Both the position numbers and the translations under genes were made by a program. From contig NC_079168.1 of the NCBI RefSeq assembly GCF_947568905.1, positions 18,290,001 through 18,354,000 on the forward strand: 64,000 nt of DNA, given 5' to 3'. The first letter of the stretch is position 1; every line of letters begins with the position of its first letter. Shown here piece after piece: positions 1-14,600 of the stretch. Origin of the DNA: Ostrea edulis (lineage: Eukaryota). Under the pieces are notes generated by a model. That model saw only the letters and a list, made by a program, of their open reading frames with translations, ran no database searches and had not been told where the DNA came from.

Positions 1-979
1 GTCTGTATCTACCAGCGCCACCTGGACAACACCCTCGTCGATTTTAGAGGTGATCACTTGGATGTCTTTATATTCTGCTCTTCCGTCGATAACATTTCTG
101 CGAATACCGTTCAACAAGGTATCGAACCGGAATCCGGAACCATATTTCATTACTACGACGCCACCTATTAAACGAGAGAGCACCTAACGATGATATTCAC
201 GACTTTTCCGAATGTGTCTGCAAAATAATTGGCGCAGTATTTCATAGACACTTTTAATTTGTTACTGCTTTAGCGTTATATATAAGAGAATGGTACTAAA
301 AACTACTTCCATGCCTGACAGAAGACTGCAATAATTACACACCACATATGTCACAGCAGTGCCCTATCGGCTTCAATGGTGTACGGCATTGTGCTTTTGT
401 GCATCGTTTTTGTTGTATTGCGCATATGCGGCTCAGCAACTGTGAAAATGAAAGAAAAAATGAGCAAACTCACATACCCCACGCTCCTACATTGCTTGAC
501 AATGGTTCACATAATGAATGTTAATGTTATGCATTACTGCAAGAACAGGACAGATGAGCTCGAAATTCTAAGTTCAAAAGGAGCATAACTTCCAGGAAAA
601 TTATTGAATCAGAATTTCCTGGGAATATGCACATCCATACAATGTTATTAACTACAGAAATTCTGTTGAGCGGTCTCAGAGGAGTTACGCTGACAAGAAC
701 AGGACAGACGGACTCGAAATTCTTAGTTCAAAAGGAGCATAACTCCCAGAAAAATTATTGAATCAGATCGAATTTCCTGGGAATATGCACATCTACACAA
801 TGTGTCCTTATTAGCTACAAAGTTACACGAAATTCTGTTAAGCGGTCTCAGAGGAGTTGCGCTGACAAGAACAGGACAGACGGACTCGAAATTCTACGTT
901 CAAAAGGGGCATAACTCACAGAAAAATTATTGAATCAGAATTTCATGGGAATATGCACATCTACACAATGTGTCCTTTT

Positions 980-1010
<31 letters not shown>

Positions 1011-1050
1011 TGGTCTCAGAAGAGTTGGGCTGACAAGAAAGGGACTGATG

Positions 1051-1085
<35 letters not shown>

Positions 1086-3116
1086 GTCGATGCGTGGGGT
1101 ATAATAATATTTGTATTTCACAGGCGTGTAGAATTTCATGCCGTCCGTAGTCTCATGAACATACACCATTTAAAAGATAAGAAACTGGAATGAGATACAT
1201 CGTTCCACCGACCTCCTTCTGGTTGTTCCCACACTGACATCCCGTGGGGTCAGTACAGGGGCGTCTCAGGATGGTGACGGTAGATCTCTGGCCGTTGTTT
1301 GCGGGTAGAGGAAACATCCCTTTGCCTTGGTCAGTGGACAAAAAAGACTGAAATGTGGCTGTAGTATATGCCTAGAACAATAACGCAATTGTTGTTAATT
1401 CATGATTTATATTTTACGGTCGAAAGTGTTAAAAAAAATTCAATAAACCCTTTGACATACATGTATAAAGAAAACATTGCTTGGTTTTGGGTTTGTGTGT
1501 GTGTGTATTTCACATTATGTACAATGGCTGTAGTTCATAGAGAAGAACTGTACCTTAATTATTCATGTTTAAAGCACCACCCTGGTAGAATAGATATAAT
1601 TACTTCGCCTTAAGCCTCGGATATTATTGAAGAATACTCATTTCGGTTTCGAGGCACTGTTAAATAAACTCAACCTTGGGGGTTATTTTCCAATAACTTC
1701 CTCATACGCAGTCATTTCTCCAATAAATGTTGTTAGAATTCCTAACTCGGAAATGTTTATACCTTTCCTGTAATTTTGAGAGTGTTGATCTTGACATCAA
1801 GGCCCGTCTCCAAATTAACGTAGAAAGAATTCCCAGATGGGTAGACAACATCGTCATTCATGCATGGCACTTTCTCAGAATCCAGTCTTGGAATGACCTT
1901 ACAATCGCCAGTCTCCGAGTCCGTTTCGCACCAGTTGCTGGCATCGAACCAATCTCTGGGATACGTTACGTTAAACTCAACATCTTCAAAGAAATTACAA
2001 TCGTTTAACAATCAATGATCATCAGTGTTATCAAAATGTACCAGTTCTCGATATTTAGAAGAAAAAAATTCCAGCACGTACCAGAAGAGTACGGTGTGCA
2101 GGTGGCGCTGTGATCTGGCTGCTCAGTAAAACCGAGTACAACATTGGCGCCGAACACTACTTCGCCGTTAATGGGCATGACCTAAAGGGAAAGCTACTGT
2201 GAAAATCTTCTGTGACTAAAACGTCTCTCTCCCAGACTACCGCTAATTTAATCAATCAGCACGTCAGACAATCAGTTTTGGGTTGTCGGCTTTAATCAAA
2301 GAGATAAATATTTGATTTCCTTTTTTTTTTTTAAATGTGTAAATGTATTGATGGTTTATGATTGAATATATACGTTTCCATTGTTTTTACTTTGATATCT
2401 TTACCAATTGAAATGATAGTCATTTACCCATGAATGTGAACAAAGTGCGTATGAATCTTGATAAACGTGTGACTATTTTAACGGCTGAGAATATTCCGAC
2501 AGAAATGAAAGTAAAATGTAAATATAACAAAATAAGTTTCTTAACTAACCAATTCTTTGACAGTGGAATTGACTTGTAGAAACACCGCCGCACTCTCCTC
2601 GTGGATGACCGCTACATCGTTGCCACAAGGCGGACGCCCAGCGTTCCAGTTCGCGGGGTTGCCGAAGTTGGTATTGGACAGCCATCTTTTGAACGCACAG
2701 TTACAGAAGCCTTTCGATAGAAAGCTCATTCAAAATAGACAGATTAATGTAAATGTGAGTTTCATTTGAATCATGTGGGTTTTCCCCCTGGCTGGTTTCA
2801 TTTTACCAAGTGAAAATTGAGTGAAATATCAGTAAATTAAAGTACAAGTAGTCTAACTTTTATACCGATTTTCATTTAGAAATTAAATTTATTTATATTG
2901 TACAAATTAATATAACATTATCAAACGATGGTTGATTTTCATTTGGAAATTAAATTCACCAGAGAGGACGATGCACTTCATGTTAAACCTCGACAAAATT
3001 CTCATCGATTTCATTCTCATTTAATTTACAAATATATACACAATACATCATACATGTATTTCTTTTTAAATTCACGACTCACCAAAGCAGAGTAACAGCA
3101 ATATCCAGCGGTCCAT
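1..3116 (-). CDS. AMN: Amnionless (cubilin co-receptor), 5' part; gene continues beyond window start
   Basis: Exons 3083-3116, 2550-2710, 2082-2181, 1763-1983, 1213-1347, 343-439 and <1-164 all have GT/AG ends and compatible phases. They give MDRWILLLLCFGFCNCAFKRWLSNTNFGNPANWNAGRPPC...VMPINGEVVFG...NWC...PCMNDDVVYP...CTDPTGCQCGN...CRTPLKPIGHCCDICGGVVVMKY, matching the AMN signal peptide, the N-terminal W-x-x-N-T-x-F-x-x-A-x-N-W motif and the VWC-like Cys-rich region. Confidence 0.9.
521..1105. mobile_element. Helentron-associated (HINE/pearl-like) non-autonomous element with about 3 tandem ~165-bp units, in an AMN intron
   Basis: Repeated unit (gaaattct...aaaggagcataactc...gaatcagaatttcctgggaatatgcacatc...gcggtctcagaggagtt) ending in a gacggacgg microsatellite and the hairpin terminus tataccctccgc...gcgtggggtataa. 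Confidence 0.7.
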
Positions 3117-4605
3117 GTTTCCGCCCCCAGTTGGATTTGTATGTTGAATATAAATATTCTATTTATGAACTGTACCATGCTGTACTTCGCAAGAATACTA
3201 ATAAACCCCATTTTAATGTCCCATCAACATCATTACCTTGCGGATGATAACACTTGTCGGCACGTTTTACAATCCTTATCATCTCCTTTAATAACCTAAA
3301 ACAAAATGAATTCATGATGCAGTATACCGCGATAGGATGTTCAGGTAGAGGAGTACTCAGAAGAGCCGAGGAAAATTTTACACATTGTTTTAATAAATTC
3401 ATTGACACGCAAAAACATCAAGAACACTAATTATTTATATACATGTATCATAATGTAAATGACTCGTAAATTCACCATCTCGGATACCCACCTTATGGAG
3501 ATGAGTAAAGGGCAATATTAAATGGGCTACAGTTTTTATTTTTTATAGGTTTTTTTTCAAAGTTCCAACTGTTTAAAACCGAGTTCAACATGATTATGCT
3601 TATAAATCACGGATTCTTCATGATTATGCTTATAAATCACGGATTCTTTATGATCATGTCATGATGTACGTTTCTTAACTCCAAACTGCGGTGGAATTAG
3701 AAATTAGCTATTCACTTACATAACTTTTAATACTGCTCATTGTAAAGTAGATGATATAAAAAAGAGTCGCGAACTATAACCTTCCGTCAACATTCGGAAA
3801 TGTTTGTTTCACAAAAATGTGCAAAACACTGTTTTGTGCTTGATAAACTAGAATTAATACAGTTTACAAAGCCCAAAATTACGCATATAAAAGGTACATG
3901 TATTATGACAACACTTAAATCCCCGGAATTAAAAAAGAAATAGACATGACATGATGGTCCTTCGGGAAAAAAAACCTTTCTGGACAGAGGTTCCGATTAA
4001 AGTACGTGACAGAACCACAGACCCACTCGTACGGTCTGGATCATCCCAATGTTTGTGCATACTCCCATAAACGTTTGAAGACGCTCATAAACTTAAGCCA
4101 TAGAAGCTAATGTACCTCCACTGAAAGAAAAAACAGATTTGGTGATCAGAACGTCTTACCTCCGGTAAAGATCGTCCCATCGTTTTTCTGAAAATTGTTT
4201 TATTGGAAACAAACTTTATGACCTTGACCATATTTGACCTACTTTTGAAAAATCTGGCATTGGTCATATTTCACCCATATAGACTGTAATTGTGGCAAAA
4301 CCTTTCACCTGTTCTACGTGTATGATATTTATTTGACCTTTTACATTGACACTGCTCTTTGACCTACTTAAAACAGAAACTTTATTACTGTCAATGATTT
4401 TGAGAAGCGGTCGTAGAGACTTAAATGTAGCCGTGTGAAAATTTTGTAAATAACTTTTAAGTTTTATGATTAAAAAGAATTGAATTTGCAATTGATAAGA
4501 TTGTATAATAAAGTTCTACTAGAAACTTATGCCAAAACAATGGCAAGCAGCTTTGATTTTATTTAATTTCCAATTTGATGTAATTAGTATTTTCCCGCCA
4601 AAAGT

Positions 4606-4790
4606 TTATTGCATGATGAGATCTATAAAGAGGAAGTTATTATGCAAGCAATTAGAAGGTCAGTCAGAGGTGAAGCTAGTAGAATCTTGATGAGATTGGG
4701 ACCTGGTGTTAGAATTAAGGCTGTTCTAGAGAAATTTGAGAGTGTATATGGTACAGTTGATACAAAAGAAGAATTACTTGCAAAATTTTC
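4606..4790 (+). pseudogene. Ty3/Gypsy gag (PNMA-like capsid) fragment
   Basis: Translation YKEEVIMQAIRRSVRGEASRILMRLGPGVRIKAVLEKFESVYGTVDTKEELLAKF resembles the PNMA/Gypsy gag capsid. It has no ATG start and is truncated by a palindromic element. Confidence 0.65.
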
Positions 4791-4830
4791 ACACGGCTAC
4801 ATAAGTGGTGAGGGCATTTACGTCATTCAT

Positions 4831-5090
4831 TTTTTCAACTGGATAGGTTTCAGTAATAGATGTGTAATATGTTTGCACCAATGGGATCAGTATTGAACCA
4901 CTAAATACTTAGTTGTAGCATCCTGTGCAGTTGTGCTCAAAAGCTCAGGAGCTAACTTTCAATAAGGTAGTTATAGCTCCTGAGCTTTTGAGCACAACTG
5001 CGCAGGATGCTACAACTAAATATTTAGTGGTTCATTACTGATCCCATTGGTGCAAACATATTGCACATTTATTACCTATCCAGTTGAAAA
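4831..5090. mobile_element. Palindromic foldback MITE, arms about 125 bp
   Basis: ttttcaactggatagg...aaaagctcaggagcta (4832-4956) is the near-perfect reverse complement of tagctcctgagctttt...cctatccagttgaaaa (to 5090). Confidence 0.85.
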
Positions 5091-5206
5091 TGTTTGTGTC
5101 AATTCAAATTTTGAAAGGGTTTGGCGGGGACTATATTTTGGGGCGGAGGGATTGATTAATCAAAAAGTTCTAAATCTGCATGATATTATAGTTTCTGTTT
5201 CTTCCA

Positions 5207-5511
5207 ATGCAAGGTGAAGATAACGAACAGTGATCAATCTCATAATTCCTACAAGCAATACAAAATAGATAATTGGGCAAACACGGACCCCTGGACACAC
5301 CAGAGGTGGGATCAGGTGCCTAGGAGGAGTAAGCATCCCCTGTTGACCGGTCACACCCGCCGTGAGCCCCATATCCTGATCAGGTAAACGGAGTTATCCG
5401 CAGTCAAAATCAGTGTGCCAAGAACGGCTTAACAATCGGTATGAAACACGTCAGACAGCATTTGACCCAATGCGAGGTTGTATTGACGAACGAGATCGTT
5501 ATAACGACCAA
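5207..5511 (-). mobile_element. Penelope-like retroelement 3' end fragment
   Basis: Same family as 33694-33832, 34594-34954, 36328-36478, 42193-42630, 43594-44155 and 44468-44644 (shared ggggatgcttactcctcctaggcacctgatcccacc...). Longer copies encode a PLE-type RT C-terminus. Confidence 0.7.
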
Positions 5512-6715
5512 TATATCTTCTATTTTTATACCCCTATACGTGTATTTTAGTTTTACAATTCATTAAAACATGCAAGACCCCAAACAAGAAAATGCACTAA
5601 TAAAATACTTCGTGAGTCTGTGACCTGTGACAAAATTCAACTCTAAATACCCAGTATTAATGACATATACAAAACTAAAATTGGCAGAGGCGAAGCAGCC
5701 ATGACATAGCGCTAGCACGACCTCTACCAAAAGATTATACAAGTAGTTGAGACTTGGAACTAGTTCAAATGTTGTAATTTATTAAATTTGGTTGATATAT
5801 TTTTTCAAAACAGAACACCGATTTTTAAAAACTTAAATTAATTTACTCGAAATTTTATGTAAAAATTCGGTATTTTCACCAATGATTCAAAAATTTGATC
5901 TCGAAGCCCTACTTTTTAAAGTTATTTTAAATTTTAAGACAAGGCCTTGAAAATTATGTAAAATTTTAGAAATTGACATTACTCCTGATATGTCCTTTTA
6001 AACTCTCAAATTTGAAATAATATTTAGTCGTATATCAAGTGCAAAAAAGTAATTATTTATTTGCATTTCTTGTATTAAACTTTTTTTAAAAATCTGTATT
6101 GTTAAAAGATATGATCATGCATCTATTTCATGAAATGATTGATTTGTGTTGCTTATTTAAGAAAAAAGATATCATTTTTGAGTGTTATTGGGATGTTGAC
6201 ACCAACACACAAATCAAGTTTAATTGAATAAATCTCGAGTCAATTTTAAAAGCAAAAAGGTCATGTTTAGAACACCGTAACTCAATAGCAAGCTTTGTGA
6301 TTCCAGTTTTTCTTTAATTTCCTAATTCTACTTCAATGTAGAAATGAAAAATACACCCCCCCCCCCCCCCCAAATGACATTACTCCAAATCTCGGGTGCG
6401 AACGTCTTTAAGTCATTAGAGTGATTGTGCCTATTTTATATGTTGTTTTAACACTTTTTCTTAAGACCGTGGAACATTATTACAGGCAAGATTAGAAATA
6501 TACAGCGGTCTTTACAGTCATAACAGTTGACGTCATTCTGGTCTGAAATTGTAGTTTTTGATATGAATTTCGATCCACTTTGAAATATCACATAAATGAG
6601 AATCCTAATAATCAGGCGAAACATGTGATATCTGCTGGAATACATTGATACTTGTGATAAATTGTAAGACATTTATTTGATTACCCTAACTCTTTTCATG
6701 ATGTATTGTATGTCG

Positions 6716-6872
6716 CTTCCACAGGCATTTGTTTCTGTTAATAAGTTATGACGTCTCAGTGTATACTAATAATATAACAACGATGCTAGCCTAACTACAC
6801 CGTGATGATAATGTTATTAGTATACAGACGTCATAACTTATTTACAGAAACAAGTGCTTCTGGTCGCTTTAC
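6716..6872. mobile_element. Small inverted-repeat MITE
   Basis: gtttctgttaataagttatgacgtct...gtatactaataa is mirrored by ttattagtatac...agacgtcataacttatttacagaaac. Confidence 0.6.
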
Positions 6873-9134
6873 AAAACTCAATAAATTAAATCAGCGAGGT
6901 TTTAGAGGCGATCCTTGTTGATTAACTTGTGTTAACTTTTCGAAGATAATTTGTAATGAACGGGAATTCCATTTTTCATTTACCTATTAATTCCTGTTGT
7001 TTTTACGGTATACAATATACATGTATCAATATATATTTCAAAAGGGTATCGGACCATTATCTACGTTTCTACATATGCCTTTTCTATGTATAGAAGGCCA
7101 CATATGGTGGTATGGGACACCGCGCTCCATTATGTGATATACATTTCGTACTTCCTTTCGAAGTCGAGCTCAACTTTTTAAAAATTATCTATCTCCATCA
7201 ATATTTATCCATAGAGTGTCAGTACAGCTTTTGGGATAGTTCGCAAGTTCGGATCTCGCGCAGGGTTTGCTGTTTGAAGAAATTTATAAACATTATTGTA
7301 TTCTTTTGGCAAATTTTGAAAGCCGTGATTATCCATTCAATCTAATTAAAATCAGACTTCTTAGATCCGCGCCGTATACTCTGCCTATTGAAGCCATTGT
7401 GAGCGTATTCTAGGATCTGCTTTTAATTAGATTGCATGTTATCCATTGTATTTTTTTTATACATGTAATTGCAATTGGGTTAAATTCAATTTCGATCCAA
7501 TGTTTTGATAATACTTTAATTAGAGAAGGTGGCTGATTAGTGCATTGCATTATTCTTCCCCGTTGTCATTCAAAATATTACAAAGCACATAACACAAATT
7601 GATCTTGTATCTACATCTCATTTTCACGTTCGTCTGAGCTGAATCTCCAATTCACGTTCATCTGCGCCGAATCTTCAATTCACGGTCGTCCTCGCTGAAT
7701 CGCATTTGTCCTTTGTCACGTTCACCATGTTGCCACTTAATGTTCCGAGGTCTTATGTATCATGTACATACATGCAAGTTCGTGACTTTGAAATACTATC
7801 TTTTTTTTGGTTAGAAATGGCCATAGCTTTTGATATGTTGGGAGTAATTAAGGACTTTCATATTTCACACGAAAAGACATCGAGAATGGTACATGTACAG
7901 CAATATTTGGACGTGTGACTGAAGTTAACCTTAGATCTACTTTTCAAAAGCTTTAACATTGAAGTGGAAGTTTCTAATTGGCACCAAAACATATGACCTT
8001 GTCCTCTGATCAACTTAACCATCATCTGATACTGACCTTTGACCTATTTCTGCCAAAACTTCATAAATGGTCACGAGAGTTTTCGAGGTATCAGTGGGCT
8101 TTCGTATTTCACATGTGTAACCTACTATCGAGTGTATTACACGTATCTCTGGTCGTTATAAATCAGGAGATGTACTTTATAATCTATTTACAAATACATA
8201 AAGTATTTTACGTCGAGAAGTTATCTAGAAGCCAATGTACCAAGAAATATTTTTTTTACATTAGCAAGATTTAGAACAAGTAATTACAGATTATTTATAG
8301 AGACAGGCAGATGAAATGATGTATCCAGAAATCAGAGAATTTGTACTTTATGTGAAACTGTTTCATTACATCATGACTTGTTCGGCTTTAAGTGACAGTA
8401 GAAAGTTTTATTTACCTTCTAAATATACAAACAGGCCAAATGTCATAAAATTCTTTAATTTGTTTTCATGTAAAAAGGTATCTATTACGAGTAATCTATA
8501 AATATAATTCGCAAGAGTTACCCTTCCAGGTTAAAACTTTATGAACTGTACACTCTTGCAATGCATTGCATCAGTTGAAATCTTTGTTTAATATTGTGTG
8601 TATATGTATATCTTATCTATGTTGTTTAGTGCAATATGAGAACTGAATTGAATTACATGTATTAGAGGGCTTTCGTAATTCATATATGTAACCATCTATC
8701 GATTGTCTTATACCAACTGTGTAAATTTCATCACGTGAACATTTCTATGCTCATGGCCCTGTTGTTTTTACTTTATGATAAATTGGAAATATAGCATAAT
8801 TATATCGAGGTCCAAGGACCTCAATTGTCATCCGATTATTACTAAATGAAAAACTTGTTTTATGTTGATAAAGCTACAGTGGCAGCTGTTAACCTCGGAG
8901 AATGGAAATGTGGTCAATCAAATAATAAAATGCTTTCTTTGGTTTGTTAAACAAGATATGAAGGTCGCAAACATTGCAGAAAAAATGCACTTGACCCGTG
9001 TTAAAGGGCTCCATTAACCACCAAAATTTTCGTAGAGGCTGGAAATGAGATTATGCACCCACATTTCTTACAATCATGCAATCTGCTCGATTTCCAACAG
9101 CAGATTAAAGCTTTTTAAAATTTTACTTATTTAT

Positions 9135-10265
9135 AAAATGTTCCAGTGTGCGTGTTGGAGACGGATACAGTGATGCTTTCAAAGTGAGAGTAGGTGTACA
9201 TTAGGGTTCTGTATTGAGCCCGCTGCTCTTCATCATCGTCCTGGAAGCCTTGTCACTCGAGCTGCGCATTGGCTGCCCTTGGGAGCTCTTGTACGCTGAC
9301 GACCCTGCCATTGTCGACACCTCACTAGAGGCACTAGTTGAGTCACCACCTGGAAGTACATGTAGGGCATGGAAGCAAAGGGTCCAAGAGTGAACATGGG
9401 AGAAATCAAAGTAATGATTGCTGGACCAAACCTGAACTCCCCGAGATCAGGAAAGCAGCCTAGTTCGGTATGCCTTAGTGGAACAGGAAGAAACTTTATC
9501 TTGTGCACCAATTGCTCTTGCTGGGTTGACAAGAACTATAGTAGAATTAAAGGTCCACTCGTACCGGACCAACAATACTCATGCCCATGCTGTATGGACA
9601 CAGCAAGACGAACAGACAGTAGGGAAGTAAGCGAGGTTGAAGGTGACACACTTGACGTGGTAGCTGACTTCTGTTACCTCGGAGATACCATGTCTTCCGG
9701 CGAGGGTGTGAGCTTGCAGCCATAGCATGGTGCAGGTCAGCCTCGAAAAATCCTTCCTATCCTCACTAACAAGCAACTCCCTGCTGCAATCAGAGGTCAG
9801 GTTTACTCCAGCTGTGTGAGGAGTGTCATGCTCTATGGTTCTGAAATGTGGGCAACATCAGCGAGCACCGTCAACGTAACAACAGAGCCATGATAAGATG
9901 GACCTGCCTGGTCAAGCCTAGAGATGACATCCACTTTGACTCTTCTATCTAGGCTCAAAATAAGAGACATTGCTGAAGTTCTCCAATTGGGCAGGCTGAG
10001 ATGGCTTGGACACGTTGAGGGCAGCACAAGCTGGATCTCGCAGGTTAGATACGTTAACATTACAGCACAGTGGGGTCAAGGCAGACCAAAGCTTTCTTGG
10101 GACAAACTCGTGAAGCGTGATCGTGTAGCCCTGAACATGGACTCTACCAACCCAATGGATCGCCAGGTGTGGCGAGGAAGACTTCACTCTTGACAGACAG
10201 ACAGGCCACACCCTTGACATGAGGATTAACCCATGGCCGGTATAATCAAAACTGGTTGATGATGA
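9135..10265 (+). mobile_element. RTE-clade LINE, 5'-truncated and degenerate (RT C-terminal half)
   Basis: Frames give GVH*GSVLSPLLFIIVLEAL...LLYADD, RVNMGEIKVM, a Cys-rich insertion (CTNCSCWV...SCPCC), FCYLGD, QLGRLRWLGHV and GRPKLSW, all typical RTE motifs, with stops and frameshifts. Confidence 0.85.
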
Positions 10266-11684
10266 TTCCAGAACCCAGCCTTTAAACCAGAAACTTAAGA
10301 ATTTCAGTTTGGTTGAGATCTCCTTGTTCATTTCAGTTTGGTTGAGATCTCCTTGCTCACCATTCCCATCCACACAGTTTATATATTAGGTGTCCAGGAG
10401 TAGTGACATTTTTTAAAAACTTGCACAATTTTTCTAGATTTTGACCTGCCTATAAACTAACACCTAAACTGAAACCATGAAATGATTAAATGTTTAGCTT
10501 CCCTTTCTTAACAGATAATAGATATTACTTTATTCCAATGTTTAGCACCAAAGAGCATGACAAAAAAAAAGACAATACAAAAAAACGAAATGTCCAAAAA
10601 CACAGTACGTACATGAATTTTTTATTTAGATGAATGTATAAAATCTAGAATGTATCACAATAAATCATTTGAATGTTTTATCAATGTACCACTATAATAG
10701 ATGACACATATATATGTACCAAATTTGGTGAAAATTGGCAATGTAATTTTGGAAAAGTTGTTAATGGATGATACAGGACAAAAATAAATGGCAACAGGTC
10801 TAGGATGACCAACTAATGAATTTTTTCAAGCATTGATAGTCACCTGAGTGAGTTTTTTTTCAGAAGTCTCGCCTCCACAACCTTTTATTGACTGAATGAG
10901 ACAGATACTGTTTTCATGCCTGTAGTGACATTGACGTCAATGACCTTGACAGTCAATATACCAGATACACGTATGTCTACCGGTGATAATCATTTCTAAA
11001 AAGTTATTTACAATTATATTGTAATAAATGTGTTTCCTCTTTTTTTTTTGGAAATCAGCCAACTGCAAGTGCATTTTGTGAAAAGGGTGCGAGTATATAT
11101 AATTAATGCAGGAGAAAAAGGACTCTATTCTGAACATACAAGTATAAATGCTGAGAAAAGGCAATCTATTCTGTAGTAAACAATTTTCATTTCCACTAAA
11201 AAATAAAAATGTTGAAAAATCTTGTACATATATGTATAAAAAAAAAAATCAAGATTTTTCTAATCTTTTTAAATCAACAATCTGAATTTATACATGTATA
11301 TAAAATGTAAGTAACAATTAAAAACCTGAATACTTGACTACACAGTTTTAAAATTAATATTGCATAATTCATTTGATTGAACACTGTAAATTGCACATGT
11401 TGAGGAGGACAATTTAAAAAATTGCAAATAAATTTTCAAATCAACAACCTTAAGAAAAACAACATTTGGCATTACATGTAATATTCAAACTTTAAATGAA
11501 ATTATATATGCAATACACCGGAAAAAAAGCATACAGGTTTTTTTTTCTATCACAGAAATGTTAGTCACAGGGACAAGAAATTTGAAATTATAAATCAATA
11601 TATCCGCATATTAAAAGAATTTCTGATCACATATTTTATGGGGGTTGTTTTGGTGAATGGAATATAAGTTTTCAGCAGGATGAA

Positions 11685-14600
11685 TTAAATATATAAGCGG
11701 CATCCTTTCGAAATGGCTTCCTTAATGGTTTCAGTGGGCACGCTCTCCGCACAAAGGTTCACAAAGGCATACAGATGTTTGAAAGCATATCCAAATTGCT
11801 GAAACAAAGTAAAATTCAATTATACTGAGCATACAGAATCTAAGCAACTAAATATTCAGGGAATAACAAGAGGCCACCTTATCTGTCACCCAAGTATAAG
11901 TTTGAAGTATCACAAGCAGCAAGGGCTAGGAAATCAATAGTAATTTTCCTGTTCTGCATATCTAAGCTAAATTCTAATATTCAGCAGCAGTATAAAACAA
12001 GATGTGTTTTTTTAAAAACAAACATAGATGCCTCCAAAATTGTCCATGCTGATGAAAGACTTTACACAATATACAATTATGGACTGTTTAGCATGGAGAC
12101 ATCACAAACTATCAGGTCTTGATAGGGTTATCACCCAAGGGCGCCTATATAGTTTTATTATCCTAAAGAATCTGAACATTAAAAAAAACTATCGTACATT
12201 TATTTACTTGTACCATGTATCTTTTTTATTTAAAATATCAAAAAAAATTTATTCAAAATAACTTTCTCTTTAGAAAATTCTGATAAATTTTCAATAGTTT
12301 TTGAGGGGTGAAATCAATGTTACCCTCAACTACATACATTATTTTGTTTTATACTCAATGTCCTACATTTACTATGTAGGACATTATATACTATAATAAT
12401 ATGGTGATGAAAGCAAAACATAGAAGTTTGAGAAAGAGAAAGCTTTCAATTGTGACATCATAGAAGAATGACGCAAAAACAAAATGTCAAACGTAAACAT
12501 TTCGTAACGTATTTCAAAACAAAAACGTAAACAACAAGTGAAAATGCAAAATTGCATTAGAATGGAAATAATTTTTTTTATTTGTCACCGTTAATGTTGA
12601 TATTAGACTTGAAATATTGTTTACCCGAAATTTGTTTCAATGTCATTAACAGTTTGTGCACATTCAGAACTTCTCCAAGCATTTAACCTATAGGGACACT
12701 TGCATACTGTGTTTATATCATGCTGCAAAATACTGTCTTGCAAGAGAAATAATTATTTTCTTTATAAAAAGCTATGTTGCAAGGAGTGAAACTTTGTTAT
12801 TTCACCTTCATTGTCATTCCTCGATTGAGTAAAAGGATGTAGACTTAAAATTACACTCACAAAAGCTCGTATTGCTTTAACGTCTCCTGTCTTTAGAAGA
12901 CAATATAATACAACTGTAAACACACCTGTCTGAGTTCCAGCTGGGAACAGGTATCAGCCAAATGTTCCACTACTGCTTTATAACACTCAGGCCTAGCCAG
13001 TCCCATCCGTGAATTCAGGATGCGATCCACCTCTGTGTTATCATGGTTTTTTGCTATGGAAACAATCAACTTCACCAGGGGTGCAACTTTTCCTCGTCTC
13101 TATAACATTAAACAATGGCAACTCTGAGGGATTGTCTGTCACTGTATTCAAATAGCAGCAACTTGTACAAGACATATTGATCTAAAGTGCTCATTGCTAC
13201 AAGTCCTCATTTGAATCTGAATAGTTAGAAAACAACTCCTTCTTCAAACCCCAAAATACATTTAGAACTATACAGATACACAGTTAATTGCAGTATGTTA
13301 CTCAGTTAGTCTACATACCATGGATTCCTGTGCGATTTTTTCAGAATAGTATTTCCTTTCCTCGGCTGTTGTGGAAAGTTTGAATAGATTCATATTGATG
13401 TGTAGATCAACATCCTCTGAGGGAACCGCTCCAACCTACATTGTATACATACATGTATATATACAAAAACAAAGCCATACAAAATGTACATATTACAATC
13501 TTTCAATATGCACTTTTAAAGAATTGTTTTTTCATACATACATTTGGGTCAGGGATGGGCACGAATATTTGATTGGACTGGGCTGATCCTTGGAATTCAG
13601 ATACTTTTAATGAATCCATTTTCTATAAATGAAAAAAAAAAACCTCTTGTGAATAATTACATTAATCACATTCAGCTACTAATGTTGTCTGCATTGTAAT
13701 ATTGAATATGTATGGATATCATCATTCATTGGAGTGTATGGTTAAAGTGTGCAGCAGAACCAGCTGTAGTTTGAGCAATCACATGTACATGTATGTAAAT
13801 CTGACCCTAGAGACCTTGAACTTATTACACTCAGATGAATAGTTTCATATCAGGGATTTAAGTCATCTGACTATCCAAAGAGTGGGAGGAATGCATGCCC
13901 AACTTAGCCTTCTATATTTACTTTAATCATATCTTTCTTTATCATCCTTGACATGTTAAGTGCATACAATGCAGAGTGTGTATAAGAGGTATAAAACCAA
14001 TATATTACCATGTCTCCAAATTGACAGACTGTGCTGGTGTTTGTCTCCTTCTTAACAATCTTGAATTGTTTTTCAATTGTCTCCTCGTTCAGATTTTCCT
14101 GTCAACATAAATAGCTTGTAATAGTACAATATCTATTCATTTTATTTTTTTGCCTTGTCCCATAGTATTGGATCACAATGTTCTTTTTCAGTTTTTCATT
14201 TTCAGTCAGAAAATTAAATTATGTACTGCCACACATTACTCTTACAAGAGCCTAGAGTGTCACATCATCATGCTGCTTATATACATGTACGCAGTATCAG
14301 AAAAACATTTAAATACTTAAAATATAACAAGAAGTCCAAGGGCCACATCGCTCACCTGAGTTACCTTGGCCCATATCTGAAGACTTTCCATATATATTTG
14401 CATGTAAAGCCTTAGTCCGTATTGTGGCCCCAACCTACCCCTGGAGGCCATGATTTTTACAAACTTGAATCTGCACTATGTCAGGAAGTTTTCATGTAAA
14501 TCTCAGCTCTTCTGGCTCATTGGTTCTTGAGAAGATGATTTTTAAATATATTCTCTATTTATGCTCAAGTAAAACTTTGATCCACTATTGTGGCCCCAAT

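Noticed and set aside
3585-3650. Short local duplications (31 bp here, 30 bp at about 10300-10355, 41 bp at about 26855-26930)
   Set aside because: Ordinary slippage duplications in non-coding DNA.
4609-4896. Functional PNMA-like host gene
   Set aside because: It has a non-ATG start and only about 60 aa of similarity, and the ORF tail runs into a palindromic MITE.
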